From positions 1 through 47,649 of IMG/VR virus record IMGVR_UViG_3300048080_000347: a DNA stretch of 47,649 bases. One strand, given 5' to 3'. Position numbers and translations under genes: made by a program. Shown piece after piece: positions 15,784 through 24,593 of this stretch (position 1 is the first letter of the stretch; the number at the start of each line of letters is the position of its first letter). Below the pieces are notes generated by a model. That model did not search any database, was not told the origin of the DNA, and was given only the letters and a program-made list of their open reading frames with translations. The stretch comes from a virus. Its lineage: Duplodnaviria > Caudoviricetes.

Positions 15784-15827
15784 CCAGCCGACGTAGACGT
15801 GCACCTCGCAACAGGGAGACGGACCCG

Positions 15828-16088
15828 ATGAATTCAGAGAAGAGCACCCCGGGCGCGGCGCGCTCGATCCGATCCGCGGTTGAAACCGTCGTCGTCACAG
15901 ATCGAGGCATCCAGTACGAGGTCACGCGATCGAGGCGCTCGATCGCTTGCACGGCCCGGATCGCGCCGCTGAAAGAGCGGCGCGTCCGCGCGTGCGGTCG
16001 CCCGGCCGTCGGTGAGCGGGTCGACGGCGAGCCGCGCTGCCCGCTGCATCTGAAGAATGCGAAGCGCTGGCCGAAGGTGGCGCGGTGA
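15828..16088 (+). CDS. Hypothetical protein
   Basis: GGGAG RBS; C...CGRPA...C..H. Confidence 0.55.
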   Translation: MNSEKSTPGAARSIRSAVETVVVTDRGIQYEVTRSRRSIACTARIAPLKERRVRACGRPAVGERVDGEPRCPLHLKNAKRWPKVAR

Positions 16089-16303
16089 AGACGTTTCCAA
16101 GTCGAGACCCCCAGCCCGGTCGCATTCCGAGTGGTCCAAAGATCTCCCCGATCGTCTTGTGGGTGCTCCGCCAGCGCGAGCCGTTTGAAACGATCGACGT
16201 CGAGGGGCGCTACGGATCGCGCGCACGCCTTGCCCTCGCGCGCCTGGTGCGCGCCGGCATCCTCCGCCGGCTTGCCCCGGGCCGCTACGAGGTGGCGCGG
16301 TGA
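16085..16303 (+). CDS. Small winged-helix DNA-binding protein
   Basis: LARLVRAGILRRLAPGRY wHTH-like pattern; coupled overlaps. Confidence 0.5.
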   Translation: MKTFPSRDPQPGRIPSGPKISPIVLWVLRQREPFETIDVEGRYGSRARLALARLVRAGILRRLAPGRYEVAR

Positions 16304-16749
16304 AGGCGCTCACCCTGATCCGCCCCTGGGCCGAGTTCGTGATCGACGGCGACAAGCCGATCGAGAACCGGACATGGGCGCCACCCGAATCCCTGCTCGG
16401 CGAGCGGTTTGCGATCCACGCCGGACAGGGGTGGGATCCGAAAGGCGTGCTGTGGATTCGGAAGCTGCTCGGCGTCGGCGTTGCCGATCCGGATCCGGCC
16501 GATCATCACCAGGGCATCGTCGGGACCGTGCGCCTGATCGGGTGGTGCTCAGCCGACGGGAGGCTGCTTCAGGTCTATGGCGGGAAGTTCCTCGCGCAAT
16601 TGATTGGGCCGGCCGAGCGTGCCGCGCTCTTCGGGCCGGTTGGCTGGATCTTGCGCGAGCCGCGCGCGCTCGCGAAGCCGGTCCCGTGCCGCGGGCATCA
16701 GAGGCTCTGGAACGTGCCGCACCACTTGCTCAGCCAGGTGGCCCCGTGA
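16300..16749 (+). CDS. ASCH domain protein
   Basis: MKALTLIRPWA...GDKPIENRTW...IHAG...GIVG...W.L...P.PCRG.Q.LW. Confidence 0.85.
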   Translation: MKALTLIRPWAEFVIDGDKPIENRTWAPPESLLGERFAIHAGQGWDPKGVLWIRKLLGVGVADPDPADHHQGIVGTVRLIGWCSADGRLLQVYGGKFLAQLIGPAERAALFGPVGWILREPRALAKPVPCRGHQRLWNVPHHLLSQVAP

Positions 16750-16961
16750 CGGTGGAGCAGATCACCAAAGAGCGGAAGCGCGACGCGTGCCGCGGGTGCG
16801 GGCGCGAAGTCACGCACGTCCAGGTGGTTGAGTTCGTCGGCCCGCAGCGCTTCAAGTCCTACCGTTGGGTTCCCGTCGCGCATCGGCGCGGCGATGGGGC
16901 GCCCTGTTCCCACCTCGCCGATCTCAGGAACGAACTATGGACGCGACACGCCCAGTGCTGA
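16746..16961 (+). CDS. Hypothetical Zn-binding protein
   Basis: GTGA overlap; CRGCG...H......C. Confidence 0.5.
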   Translation: MTVEQITKERKRDACRGCGREVTHVQVVEFVGPQRFKSYRWVPVAHRRGDGAPCSHLADLRNELWTRHAQC

Positions 16962-18913
16962 CCCCGCCGAACTTTGCCGAGCAGCTGTCGGCGATGGGAG
17001 GCGGGCCGACCCCGGGTGAGCAATCCGCGCTTGCCGAACGGAACGAAGCGCGGGCCGACGCGGTGCCGGCGCCGAGCACCTGGGCGCGGAAGATCCCGAC
17101 GGCGCAGTTGATCGAGTCGAGCACCAACCCGCGCAGGCGGTGGAAGCACCTCGACGAGCTCGGGGAGTCGATTCTCACGGCCGGTGTGCTCGAGGCGCTG
17201 GTGGTGCGGCCACTCCCGCCCGGCTCGACCGCGGGCCGCGAGCAGACGGGCGTCGAGTGGTTCGAGATCATCTGCGGGGCGCGTCGGTTCCGCGCCGGCA
17301 AGGCGGTCGGGCTCACCGAGTTCCCGTGCGACGTCCGCCAGGTGAGCGACGATCACGTCCGCGAATTCCAGATCATCGAGAACATCCAGCGCGAGGGACT
17401 CCACCCGATGGAAGAGGCTGAGGGCTACGAGGCGCTGATGGAGACCGGCTACACGGTCGAGGTGCTCGCGAAGCGGGTGGGCAAGTCCACCGGCTGGATC
17501 TACCTCCGCCTGCAGCTGCTCAAGCTGGGGCCCGAGGCCCGGGGCGCCTACTTCGATGACAAGTTCCACGTGTCCGTCGCTCAAGTACTCGGGCGACAGA
17601 CGCACGCGAGCCAGGCGGCGGCCCTGCCCAGGCTCGAGCAGCTGGCGACGGCCCGCGAGCAAATCGAGTTCCTTCAGAATGAGCACGCGAAGAACCTCAA
17701 GGGCGCGCCGTTCGACTTGAAGGACGGCACCCTTCCGCGCCTGGGCCAGACGCCGGGGTTCGGCGACTGCCACGGCTGCCCGAAGAATTCAAACAACGCG
17801 CCCCGAGAGCTCTTCGTCGACTACTCGAAGATCGAGCGCGTGGGCGTCTGCTCTGACGTCGAGTGCTTCGCCGGCAAGTGCGCCACGGTGGTGGAGCGCC
17901 AGGCCGAGAAGGCTCGGGGCCGCGGCGAGAAGGTGCTCACCGCGGCCGAGACGAAGAGGGTCATCAGCTACGGGGCCCCGGTGTCGGGCTCGCCCTACGT
18001 CAACTCGCTCGACGTGCTGAGCGACGATCCGAAGCGCCGCACCTGGGCTCAGCTGCTCGAGAAGCTTCCGGCCGGCGAGCGCCCCGAGGTGGTGCTCGCT
18101 CCGAACGATCAGAAGCCCGGCGAAATGTTCCGGCTCTACGAGCGCAAGGCGGCGATCTCCGCGGCGGCGAAGGTGGGCGCCAGCTGGGCGAAGAAGCAGG
18201 AGCCCGAAGAGAAGATGGTGGAGCGCTCGAAGAAGAAGCGGCGCGAGGCCGATGACAAGGCGCGGCTGGTGGCGGAGGTGACCCGGCTCGCGATGCCGAA
18301 GCTGATCAAGCGCTGGCGGGACAAGACGGCGCTGCCGGAGCTTCGCGCGCTGGCCAACGCCAGCCTCGACAGCTTGGGCGCCGGGGAACTGGCGGTCGAG
18401 GTGCTCGAGTGGTTCGGAGTTAGGACGCCGGGCTTCGCGGTGAAGGGTGCCGAGAAGGCGCTCGAGGGCTTCAGCGGACGGGACTTGCTGGCCTTCGTGC
18501 TCGTCAGCACGCTCTTCCCGCGGTGGGACGAAGAGCAGGCCGGCGTTGGCGAGTTCGACGCGGAGTTCTCGGCGTTCGCGAAGGGCGCGGGGGTCGACCT
18601 CAAGGCGATGATCCGGGCTCAACTCGAGGCGTCGCGCGCAGCTGAGGCGCAAGAGAAGCGCGCGAGCCAGGTGGCGATCATCTGGACGAAGGGCGAGGTT
18701 GGTACGACCGGCGCTGGCGGGCTCGAAGGCAAGGGGCCACAGGGGCGCGCCTACAGCGTGAGCTACAACGGCGGCGGCTACTTCGCCAAGTGGCACACGA
18801 AGAAGTCGAAGGGCGGCGAGGCGGTCAAGACGGTCGAGGCCGGGCGCGCGCGGTGCGAGGAGATCGAGGCCAGCTTCCATCCGGTCGCCGCGGCGAAGGC
18901 GGTGCGGTCGTGA
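16937..18913 (+). CDS. parB: Large ParB/RepB/Spo0J-family protein
   Basis: NPRR, ELGESI...GVLE.LVVRP, EIICGARRFRA, IENIQRE.LHPMEEAEGY, HTH and a CHGC...C...C motif; 658 aa. Confidence 0.85.
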   Translation: MDATRPVLTPPNFAEQLSAMGGGPTPGEQSALAERNEARADAVPAPSTWARKIPTAQLIESSTNPRRRWKHLDELGESILTAGVLEALVVRPLPPGSTAGREQTGVEWFEIICGARRFRAGKAVGLTEFPCDVRQVSDDHVREFQIIENIQREGLHPMEEAEGYEALMETGYTVEVLAKRVGKSTGWIYLRLQLLKLGPEARGAYFDDKFHVSVAQVLGRQTHASQAAALPRLEQLATAREQIEFLQNEHAKNLKGAPFDLKDGTLPRLGQTPGFGDCHGCPKNSNNAPRELFVDYSKIERVGVCSDVECFAGKCATVVERQAEKARGRGEKVLTAAETKRVISYGAPVSGSPYVNSLDVLSDDPKRRTWAQLLEKLPAGERPEVVLAPNDQKPGEMFRLYERKAAISAAAKVGASWAKKQEPEEKMVERSKKKRREADDKARLVAEVTRLAMPKLIKRWRDKTALPELRALANASLDSLGAGELAVEVLEWFGVRTPGFAVKGAEKALEGFSGRDLLAFVLVSTLFPRWDEEQAGVGEFDAEFSAFAKGAGVDLKAMIRAQLEASRAAEAQEKRASQVAIIWTKGEVGTTGAGGLEGKGPQGRAYSVSYNGGGYFAKWHTKKSKGGEAVKTVEAGRARCEEIEASFHPVAAAKAVRS

Positions 18914-19221
18914 GCCCCACCACTCTGTTGCCGTGGGTTTCACTCGGTGCACCGTCAGCGCGGCTGGTGCGCGGAGGGTATGTCGGCCCGGCCGGCGGTG
19001 TGGCGATCTTTGCGAGCCCAGCGGATGCCGACTTCGCGGCGCTGGCTGCGAACTCCCACGCGGACTTGGTGACGGCGCTGGTGGAAATCGAAAGGATCGC
19101 GTGTCGCTCGGCGGCCAGCGGCCGCCACCCCGAAGACGAGCCAGAGCCCGCCAACCGCGACGGCGAGGAGCTGGCCACGATCGCCCGCGCAGCCCTCGCG
19201 AAGGCTCGAGGTGGCCAATGA
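18910..19221 (+). CDS. Hypothetical phage protein
   Basis: ADADFAALAAN...LV.AL...ARAALAKARG tail typical of small phage proteins; coupled overlaps. Confidence 0.65.
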   Translation: MSPTTLLPWVSLGAPSARLVRGGYVGPAGGVAIFASPADADFAALAANSHADLVTALVEIERIACRSAASGRHPEDEPEPANRDGEELATIARAALAKARGGQ

Positions 19222-20519
19222 ACGGCGCCGAGGGACGGGGCGGGCGTATCGTTCGGCTCGAGGTCGAGGGCGTGAAGCGGGTCACCGCGGTCACGCTGGA
19301 GATCGACCCGAAGACTTCGCTCGTGAAGGTCCGCGGGCGCAACGGCGAGGGCAAGAGTTCGACGATCGACACGATCATGTACATCCTCGGCGGCAAGCGG
19401 ACGCACCCGCCGAAGGTGATCCACGAGGGCCTCGAGCATGCGCGCGGGCTGATCGAAACCACCGGGCAACTGATCGCCGAGCGGCGGTGGACGAAGAACG
19501 ACGCCGGGCAAGAGGTGAGCGTCGTAGAGGTGCGCTCTACCGACGGGCAGAAGTTCCGCGGCCCGCAGGCGATCCTCGACGCGCTGTGCGGGCCCGAGAC
19601 GTTCGACCCGGACCACTTCCTCAAGAGCGATCCGAAGGCCCAACTCGATGTGCTCCGCCGCGTGGTGGGGATCGATTTCTCGCAACTCGACGGGCGGCGC
19701 CTGAAGTTCTACGACGACCGCACCGCGGCCAACCGTGAACTCGCCCAGCTGAAAGCCCGGCTCGTTTCGATGCCGGACGAATCCGGCAAGCTCGAGCGGG
19801 TCGACGTTGCGGCGCTCCTCGAGCAGGAGAAGGGCTACCAGGCGTCGGCGACGCGCCGGGCGAGCCTCGAGGGGGCCGCGACGGCGGCGAAGGTTGCACG
19901 GGTGGCGCTCGAGGTCTCGGTGCGCGAGGCGGAGACGGTGTGGCGGAACGCGCTGGCGAAGCTCGGCGTCGCGAAGTCGGGCGAGGCCGAAGTCGCGAAA
20001 GCGCTCGAGGTTCAGCCGGCGCTCGACGAAGCGGCGCGGGCTCAAGTGCTGTCGAAGATCGCCAACGGTTCGGATCTCAATCTCCGCGCCGCGAAGCAAG
20101 AGGAGCGTGGCCACTTGGCGCTAAAGGTGAGCAACGCCGAGGCGCTCGTGAAGAAGCTCGACGCCTCGATCGCGGCGATCGACGACGAGAAGCAGAAGAC
20201 CGTGGCCGCGGTGAAGTTTCCCGTCGAGGGCTTGGGCTTCGGGGAGCACGGCCCGTCGTTCAAGGGCTTCCCCCTCGAGCAGGCCAGCGACGCCGAGCGG
20301 ATTCGGGTCGCCGTGGGGATCGGCCTCGCGATGCACTCCGAACTTCGGGTGTTGCGCGTGCGCAACGGCTCGCTGCTCGACGATCGGAGCCTCGCCCTGC
20401 TCGACCAGGCCGTCACCGAGCTCGACGGCCAGTGCTTCGTGGAGGTGGTCGGGACTGAGGGCGACGGATTCCTGATCGAGGACGGCGCGCTCAAATCCGT
20501 CAACGGAAGCCCTCCATGA
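19218..20519 (+). CDS. SMC/Rad50-like AAA ATPase
   Basis: Walker A GRNGEGKSS, long coiled coil, C-terminal QASDAE...GSLLD. Confidence 0.8.
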   Translation: MNGAEGRGGRIVRLEVEGVKRVTAVTLEIDPKTSLVKVRGRNGEGKSSTIDTIMYILGGKRTHPPKVIHEGLEHARGLIETTGQLIAERRWTKNDAGQEVSVVEVRSTDGQKFRGPQAILDALCGPETFDPDHFLKSDPKAQLDVLRRVVGIDFSQLDGRRLKFYDDRTAANRELAQLKARLVSMPDESGKLERVDVAALLEQEKGYQASATRRASLEGAATAAKVARVALEVSVREAETVWRNALAKLGVAKSGEAEVAKALEVQPALDEAARAQVLSKIANGSDLNLRAAKQEERGHLALKVSNAEALVKKLDASIAAIDDEKQKTVAAVKFPVEGLGFGEHGPSFKGFPLEQASDAERIRVAVGIGLAMHSELRVLRVRNGSLLDDRSLALLDQAVTELDGQCFVEVVGTEGDGFLIEDGALKSVNGSPP

Positions 20520-20785
20520 GAGGCGCGGCCTGCTCGACCTGTAAGGCGCTGATCGTCTGGGCCGCCACCGAGAAGGGCAGCGCGATTCCTGTGGATGCGA
20601 AGCCGGTGGCGAACGGGAACCTCGACCTGGTGGCCCAGAACGATCCACGCGAAGCGCCGATCGCCTTCATGCTCGACAAGCACGGCGAGCGGCTGATCGG
20701 CCCAGGGGTGAAGCACTCGCCGATGCTCCGCTACCAATCCCACTTTTCCAGCTGCCCCCAAGCCGACCAGCACCGGAAAGGCTGA
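20516..20785 (+). CDS. Phage Zn-binding hypothetical protein
   Basis: CSTC.A.IVW..T..G..IPVD...SHF.SCP.A..HRK. Confidence 0.7.
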   Translation: MRGAACSTCKALIVWAATEKGSAIPVDAKPVANGNLDLVAQNDPREAPIAFMLDKHGERLIGPGVKHSPMLRYQSHFSSCPQADQHRKG

Positions 20786-20789
20786 GCCA

Positions 20790-20957
20790 ATGGAAGACGA
20801 GAACCCGGAAGAGGTCGCTGCTCGAATCCGTCGCGCGCAGCTGCTCACCTGTCCCTGCTGCTTGCTCAAATGGGCGACCGTCGGGCAAGCGCGGCTTCAC
20901 CTTTCGATCATGATCGAGAGAATCAAGGCGAAGGACAGGGAGCTTTCGAGGTCGTGA
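20790..20957 (+). CDS. Small hypothetical protein (55 aa, CPCC...H)
   Basis: Fills the gap between genes; its stop overlaps the methylase GTG; below the ORF-track size cutoff. Confidence 0.5.
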   Translation: MEDENPEEVAARIRRAQLLTCPCCLLKWATVGQARLHLSIMIERIKAKDRELSRS

Positions 20958-21679
20958 AGCTTTGCGCCTGGTGCCACCTTCGCCCGTGCGCGCCACGGCA
21001 GAAGTATTGCCGCCGGCGTTGCCGACAGGCGGCGTACCGGGTGCGGAAGCTGCGCGGGCTCGGGCCGTCGTTCGGGCCCGGGCTCGAGCCCGGGGCGCTC
21101 TTCGCCTACGCGGACCCTCCCTACGTCGGCCTCTCGGCGCGCTTCTACCGCGACGAGCCGAGCTTCAACGGCGAGGTCGATCACCGCCAACTGCTCGCCG
21201 ATCTCGAGCGCGCGGGTTACGCCGGCTGGGCGCTCAGCTGCAGCGTCAAGTCGCTCCGGGTGCTTCTGCCGATGTGCCCCGCGGGCGTGCGCGTGTGCGC
21301 CTGGGTCAAGCCGATCGGTGTGCCACCTGCCACGTTCGGGATCCACGGCACCTGGGAGGCCGTCGTTGTCCGCGGCGGGCGACAGTGCCGGCCTGGAGTC
21401 CGCGACTGGCTCAGCGCGCAGCCGGCCCGGCTCGGAGGAGAGCTACCGGGCCGCAAGCCGATCGCGTTCTGCGCCTGGCTCTTCGATCTGCTCGGGATGG
21501 TGCCGGGCGATCTGCTCGCGGATCTGTTCCCAGGCTCTGGCGCGGTCGGCCAGGCATGGGAGGAACTGTCGCGCGGAGCTGAGCACCGTGCGGGCGACAA
21601 GCGCCGGCTCTTCCTTCCGTCGCGCGTGGAGGAGCGCGTTACCGCCTTCTCAGCATCGCCTCGACGGCGAAGCGTTTGA
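20954..21679 (+). CDS. Amino-DNA methyltransferase (beta-order) with N-terminal Zn finger
   Basis: CAWC...YC...CRQAAYR, AYADPPY, WVKP, KP..F and DLFPGSG. Confidence 0.8.
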   Translation: MKLCAWCHLRPCAPRQKYCRRRCRQAAYRVRKLRGLGPSFGPGLEPGALFAYADPPYVGLSARFYRDEPSFNGEVDHRQLLADLERAGYAGWALSCSVKSLRVLLPMCPAGVRVCAWVKPIGVPPATFGIHGTWEAVVVRGGRQCRPGVRDWLSAQPARLGGELPGRKPIAFCAWLFDLLGMVPGDLLADLFPGSGAVGQAWEELSRGAEHRAGDKRRLFLPSRVEERVTAFSASPRRRSV

Positions 21680-22043
21680 GTCGCGCCGAAGGTGGTTCGA
21701 ATTTGGTCTTCGCGACGAAGCCGAAGATCGTGGCTTGCGCTACTGGCGCAACTGCTTCCACCGAAACAGCCGCCCCGATGGTCACGTTGCAGGAGGACCA
21801 AGCGACCGCAGTGGTGCTGACGGCGTGCGTACCTCTGGCCGAACTGGCCGCCACCGGCGCCGCGACCTTGATCGCCGCGTGCACTGGCTTGAGTTCGAGG
21901 GTTGTTGTCGCAGAGAGAAGGGCGCCAACGCCAATGGCGGCCTCGAAGGCGGGGCTCGCTACAAGGGACTCCGCTGCGATTGTCACGGCGACGCCATGGG
22001 CGGCGCTCACGAGGGCAACCGCGGTCGGAGCGAGCGCGCTCAC
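21639..22043 (-). CDS. Ala/Val/Thr-rich putative structural protein
   Basis: Last gene of the late operon; beta-rich composition; overlaps the convergent methylase by 41 bp. Confidence 0.5.
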   Translation of the reverse strand: MSALAPTAVALVSAAHGVAVTIAAESLVASPAFEAAIGVGALLSATTTLELKPVHAAIKVAAPVAASSARGTHAVSTTAVAWSSCNVTIGAAVSVEAVAPVAQATIFGFVAKTKFEPPSARLKRFAVEAMLRRR

Positions 22044-22051
22044 GTCGTCGT

Positions 22052-22453
22052 TTATGCGCCGCCTTCGGTGAAGGACCAATCGTTGATTTGAACAGGGCCA
22101 CCGATCACTAGCGCGATCGTGTTGAGATTCATGTCGGCGCCAGAGGCTCCCACGCTGCCCTGGATCACGCAGGTAGTACCGTCAGCCAGGTAGACCCGCC
22201 AGTAGCCAGCGATCCCGGTGGCAAGCACATTCGCATTCGCGGGAAGAGCCGGCGACTGGACGCCAGCCACAGCGGCGGGGGCGAACGGTGAGCCGAGCAC
22301 TTGCTCTGACAGCTTCGTGCCGCTCGCGGCAGTCGCGCAGTCTACCGGCACTGCGCCCGTGTAGATCCTGAGCAGCCCAGCGTTTCCAACGATCGCTGCG
22401 ATCCCTGCATCGGCGCGTGCGTTTCTCGCTTCCACTGAATACTGGAGACTCAT
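22052..22453 (-). CDS. Putative virion structural protein
   Basis: ARNARAD...LLRIYTG.VP...TG.AGYWR...VIQGSVG..GAD pattern seen in phage tail-associated proteins. Confidence 0.65.
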   Translation of the reverse strand: MSLQYSVEARNARADAGIAAIVGNAGLLRIYTGAVPVDCATAASGTKLSEQVLGSPFAPAAVAGVQSPALPANANVLATGIAGYWRVYLADGTTCVIQGSVGASGADMNLNTIALVIGGPVQINDWSFTEGGA

Positions 22454-22890
22454 GGGCGCGGGCTCTCGAGCGCTTTAGTCGTGACCAGCACCGCGATTGC
22501 AGCCGAGGCCACGGCCACACCGAGCACCAAGGCGATTGCCACCGGCGTCCTGATGATCACGTTCCCCGCCTTCAAGTCGTTGAGTGAGGCTTCGTTCCGC
22601 GCGTTGATCTTCCCGCGGCGCACCTGCTCCTGCTCGTCGAGCAGCCGGCCATTGAAGGGGGCGACGTCACCGGCCTTGATCTTCATCGAACGCCCCGGGG
22701 CGACCCGGCCGTCCGCCTCGAGCACCAGGTCAAGGGCCGGTGGCGCGAGCGGGGCATCCGTCGGCGGAGTACCGGCATCGGTCGGCGCCGCCAGGCGGTC
22801 CCACCACGGGTCCGGGTCCTGGGCGACGGCCGGCCCGGTGGTGAGCACCAGTTGGGCGACCAGTATTGCGGCGAGGAATCGTGGAATCAT
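22450..22890 (-). CDS. Exported membrane-anchored protein (spanin-like position)
   Basis: Signal peptide (AVA|Q) and C-terminal TM helix; no lipobox Cys. Confidence 0.6.
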   Translation of the reverse strand: MIPRFLAAILVAQLVLTTGPAVAQDPDPWWDRLAAPTDAGTPPTDAPLAPPALDLVLEADGRVAPGRSMKIKAGDVAPFNGRLLDEQEQVRRGKINARNEASLNDLKAGNVIIRTPVAIALVLGVAVASAAIAVLVTTKALESPRP

Positions 22891-23120
22891 CGGCGGTTCC
22901 GTTCGGCCGCTTCGGCCTGGTCGGCGGTGGTGATCGCATCAGCCGCGGCCTTACCCGCCGCGACCGCCCGCGCCTGGGCCTGCCCGGTGAGTACCCCCAG
23001 GAAAGCCACGGCGCCCTCGGCGATCGTCGAAATGGCGGCCGCCGGGAGGCCACTGAGGTCAATCCCGGCAGCCGCGGCGAAGTTCCGCAGACCCTTCTCG
23101 ACTTCTGCCTTGTCGCTCAC
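22887..23120 (-). CDS. Small Ala-rich protein in the lysis cassette
   Basis: GTGA overlap; amphipathic/hydrophobic centre. Confidence 0.6.
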   Translation of the reverse strand: MSDKAEVEKGLRNFAAAAGIDLSGLPAAAISTIAEGAVAFLGVLTGQAQARAVAAGKAAADAITTADQAEAAERNRR

Positions 23121-23950
23121 GGCTTGGCCTCGGTGTCCTTCTTCAGGCCGGCCAGCACGATCGGATCGAGCGGCCCCACCTTCACCCCGAAGAGAGCGAA
23201 CAGCTGGGCAGCCCGGCCCGGGTAGCGCTCCACCCACCACCCCCAGAGATCCTTCGCCCAACCGTAGAGCGTCGAGGCTGCGAAGGTGACAGCGAGGATC
23301 GGCTTCACCAGCGCGAGATCGATCCGCTCGCCCATGAGCCAAGCCCCGCCCACTCCAGCCGCCGACGTGGTGAGCGATAGGGCGAGCACCCGGCCCGGCT
23401 TCGTGTCGAGCAGGAACCACAGCGGCTTGTCGAGGATCGAATCGTCTGCAAGCCAGTCGTGCAGCTTCTTCCCGCCAAGCCGGAAGCCGGCGATCAGGAA
23501 GATGGCGAGCAGGGCCGCCGCCTCAAAGTAGTCACCACCGCGCACGGCCCGCCAGAAGCCGCGCAGGAAGACCAACGGGTTGTCGAGACTCTCGAGCTTG
23601 GGCGGGGCGGCCGTCGGCGCTGCAGCTGTTACGTCCAGAGCCGGAAGCCGGGTCAGCACGACGAGCTCCCCATCGCCTCGATCCTCGAGCACCGCGCCGG
23701 CCCGGTTCCGGATCTCGTAGGAGCGGCGAACGGTCCCCGCGCACATCTCGGCCGCGAAGCCTGGATCCGCGGTGGCGCAGGCCGCGGCGATTTCGCACTC
23801 GACGTTCCCGCAGCCCGTCGAGGGTGGCGCCCAATCCTCATTGGCGCCCGGGAGGAACTCAGGAGGCAGGGCCAGCGTGAGCCCGAGGGCGACTGAGCCG
23901 AGCCCGGCGATCGGCGCGTTGAGGAAGGCGAGTAAGAGAGCGATTCGCAT
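23117..23950 (-). CDS. Multi-TM membrane protein (holin candidate)
   Basis: Hydrophobic N-terminus, 4-Cys domain, three C-terminal TM segments; adjacent to the endolysin. Confidence 0.6.
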   Translation of the reverse strand: MRIALLLAFLNAPIAGLGSVALGLTLALPPEFLPGANEDWAPPSTGCGNVECEIAAACATADPGFAAEMCAGTVRRSYEIRNRAGAVLEDRGDGELVVLTRLPALDVTAAAPTAAPPKLESLDNPLVFLRGFWRAVRGGDYFEAAALLAIFLIAGFRLGGKKLHDWLADDSILDKPLWFLLDTKPGRVLALSLTTSAAGVGGAWLMGERIDLALVKPILAVTFAASTLYGWAKDLWGWWVERYPGRAAQLFALFGVKVGPLDPIVLAGLKKDTEAKP

Positions 23951-23960
23951 TTGCCGGACC

Positions 23961-24593
23961 CTACGCGTGGCCCCACAAATCGACAAGCCTGACGCCGAAC
24001 CCGCGGGTGAGGCGCCCGCGGTTGAAGCAGTCCCGCCCGGCCTGGGCGATCCAGAGCAGCCCGTCGTCCGGCGCCGGCGGGGAAGCGTCGGGGTCGGCCG
24101 CTGGGATGGCCAGCGCGACGTGACTCGAGCCGAAGACAAAGTGGACGCACCCGCAGCGCGCGGTGCCGTCCGCCTTGCACGGTCCGCCAGCGTCGTGCGA
24201 GCCCTGAGGGTGACCGCACCGGCAGTCCTGATTGAGCCAGGCCGGCACCACCACTTCGCCTCGAGCAGCCGCCGCGCGCGCGTCTGCGTAGGTTGTCTTC
24301 GCCCAGCCGGCGTCGGCAGCCTCGACGCCGCGAAGCCAAAGCACCTGGTTACGCGCGCTCACCAACTTCGAGACGTCCGACGAAGGCCCGCCTGGCATCG
24401 TCACGCCGAGTTCGAGGCACGCGTCCGCGACGAAGTGATTGCACCGGGTTTCTTGCGTGCCGGTCAGCCGGTTGTTGTCCCCGTCGGCGTTGTCGAGGTC
24501 GGCCGGTCGGTAGTTCTTCTCCGGGTCGAGCCGGAGCACCGTCGCGCGCAGCTGCTCGGGGCTCCGCGGCATACAGGCGAGTGGCTCAGTCAC
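23961..24593 (-). CDS. Putative endolysin, CHAP/NlpC-P60-like cysteine amidase
   Basis: TRCNHFVAD (catalytic Cys), SHVA (His) and IAQAG; lysis-cassette position. Confidence 0.65.
   Translation of the reverse strand: MTEPLACMPRSPEQLRATVLRLDPEKNYRPADLDNADGDNNRLTGTQETRCNHFVADACLELGVTMPGGPSSDVSKLVSARNQVLWLRGVEAADAGWAKTTYADARAAAARGEVVVPAWLNQDCRCGHPQGSHDAGGPCKADGTARCGCVHFVFGSSHVALAIPAADPDASPPAPDDGLLWIAQAGRDCFNRGRLTRGFGVRLVDLWGHA

Noticed and set aside
16300-16749. ASCH plus Mom-like GNAT as a writer/eraser pair
   Set aside because: The genes are 13 kb apart in different operons and ASCH is common in phages; no sequence evidence links them
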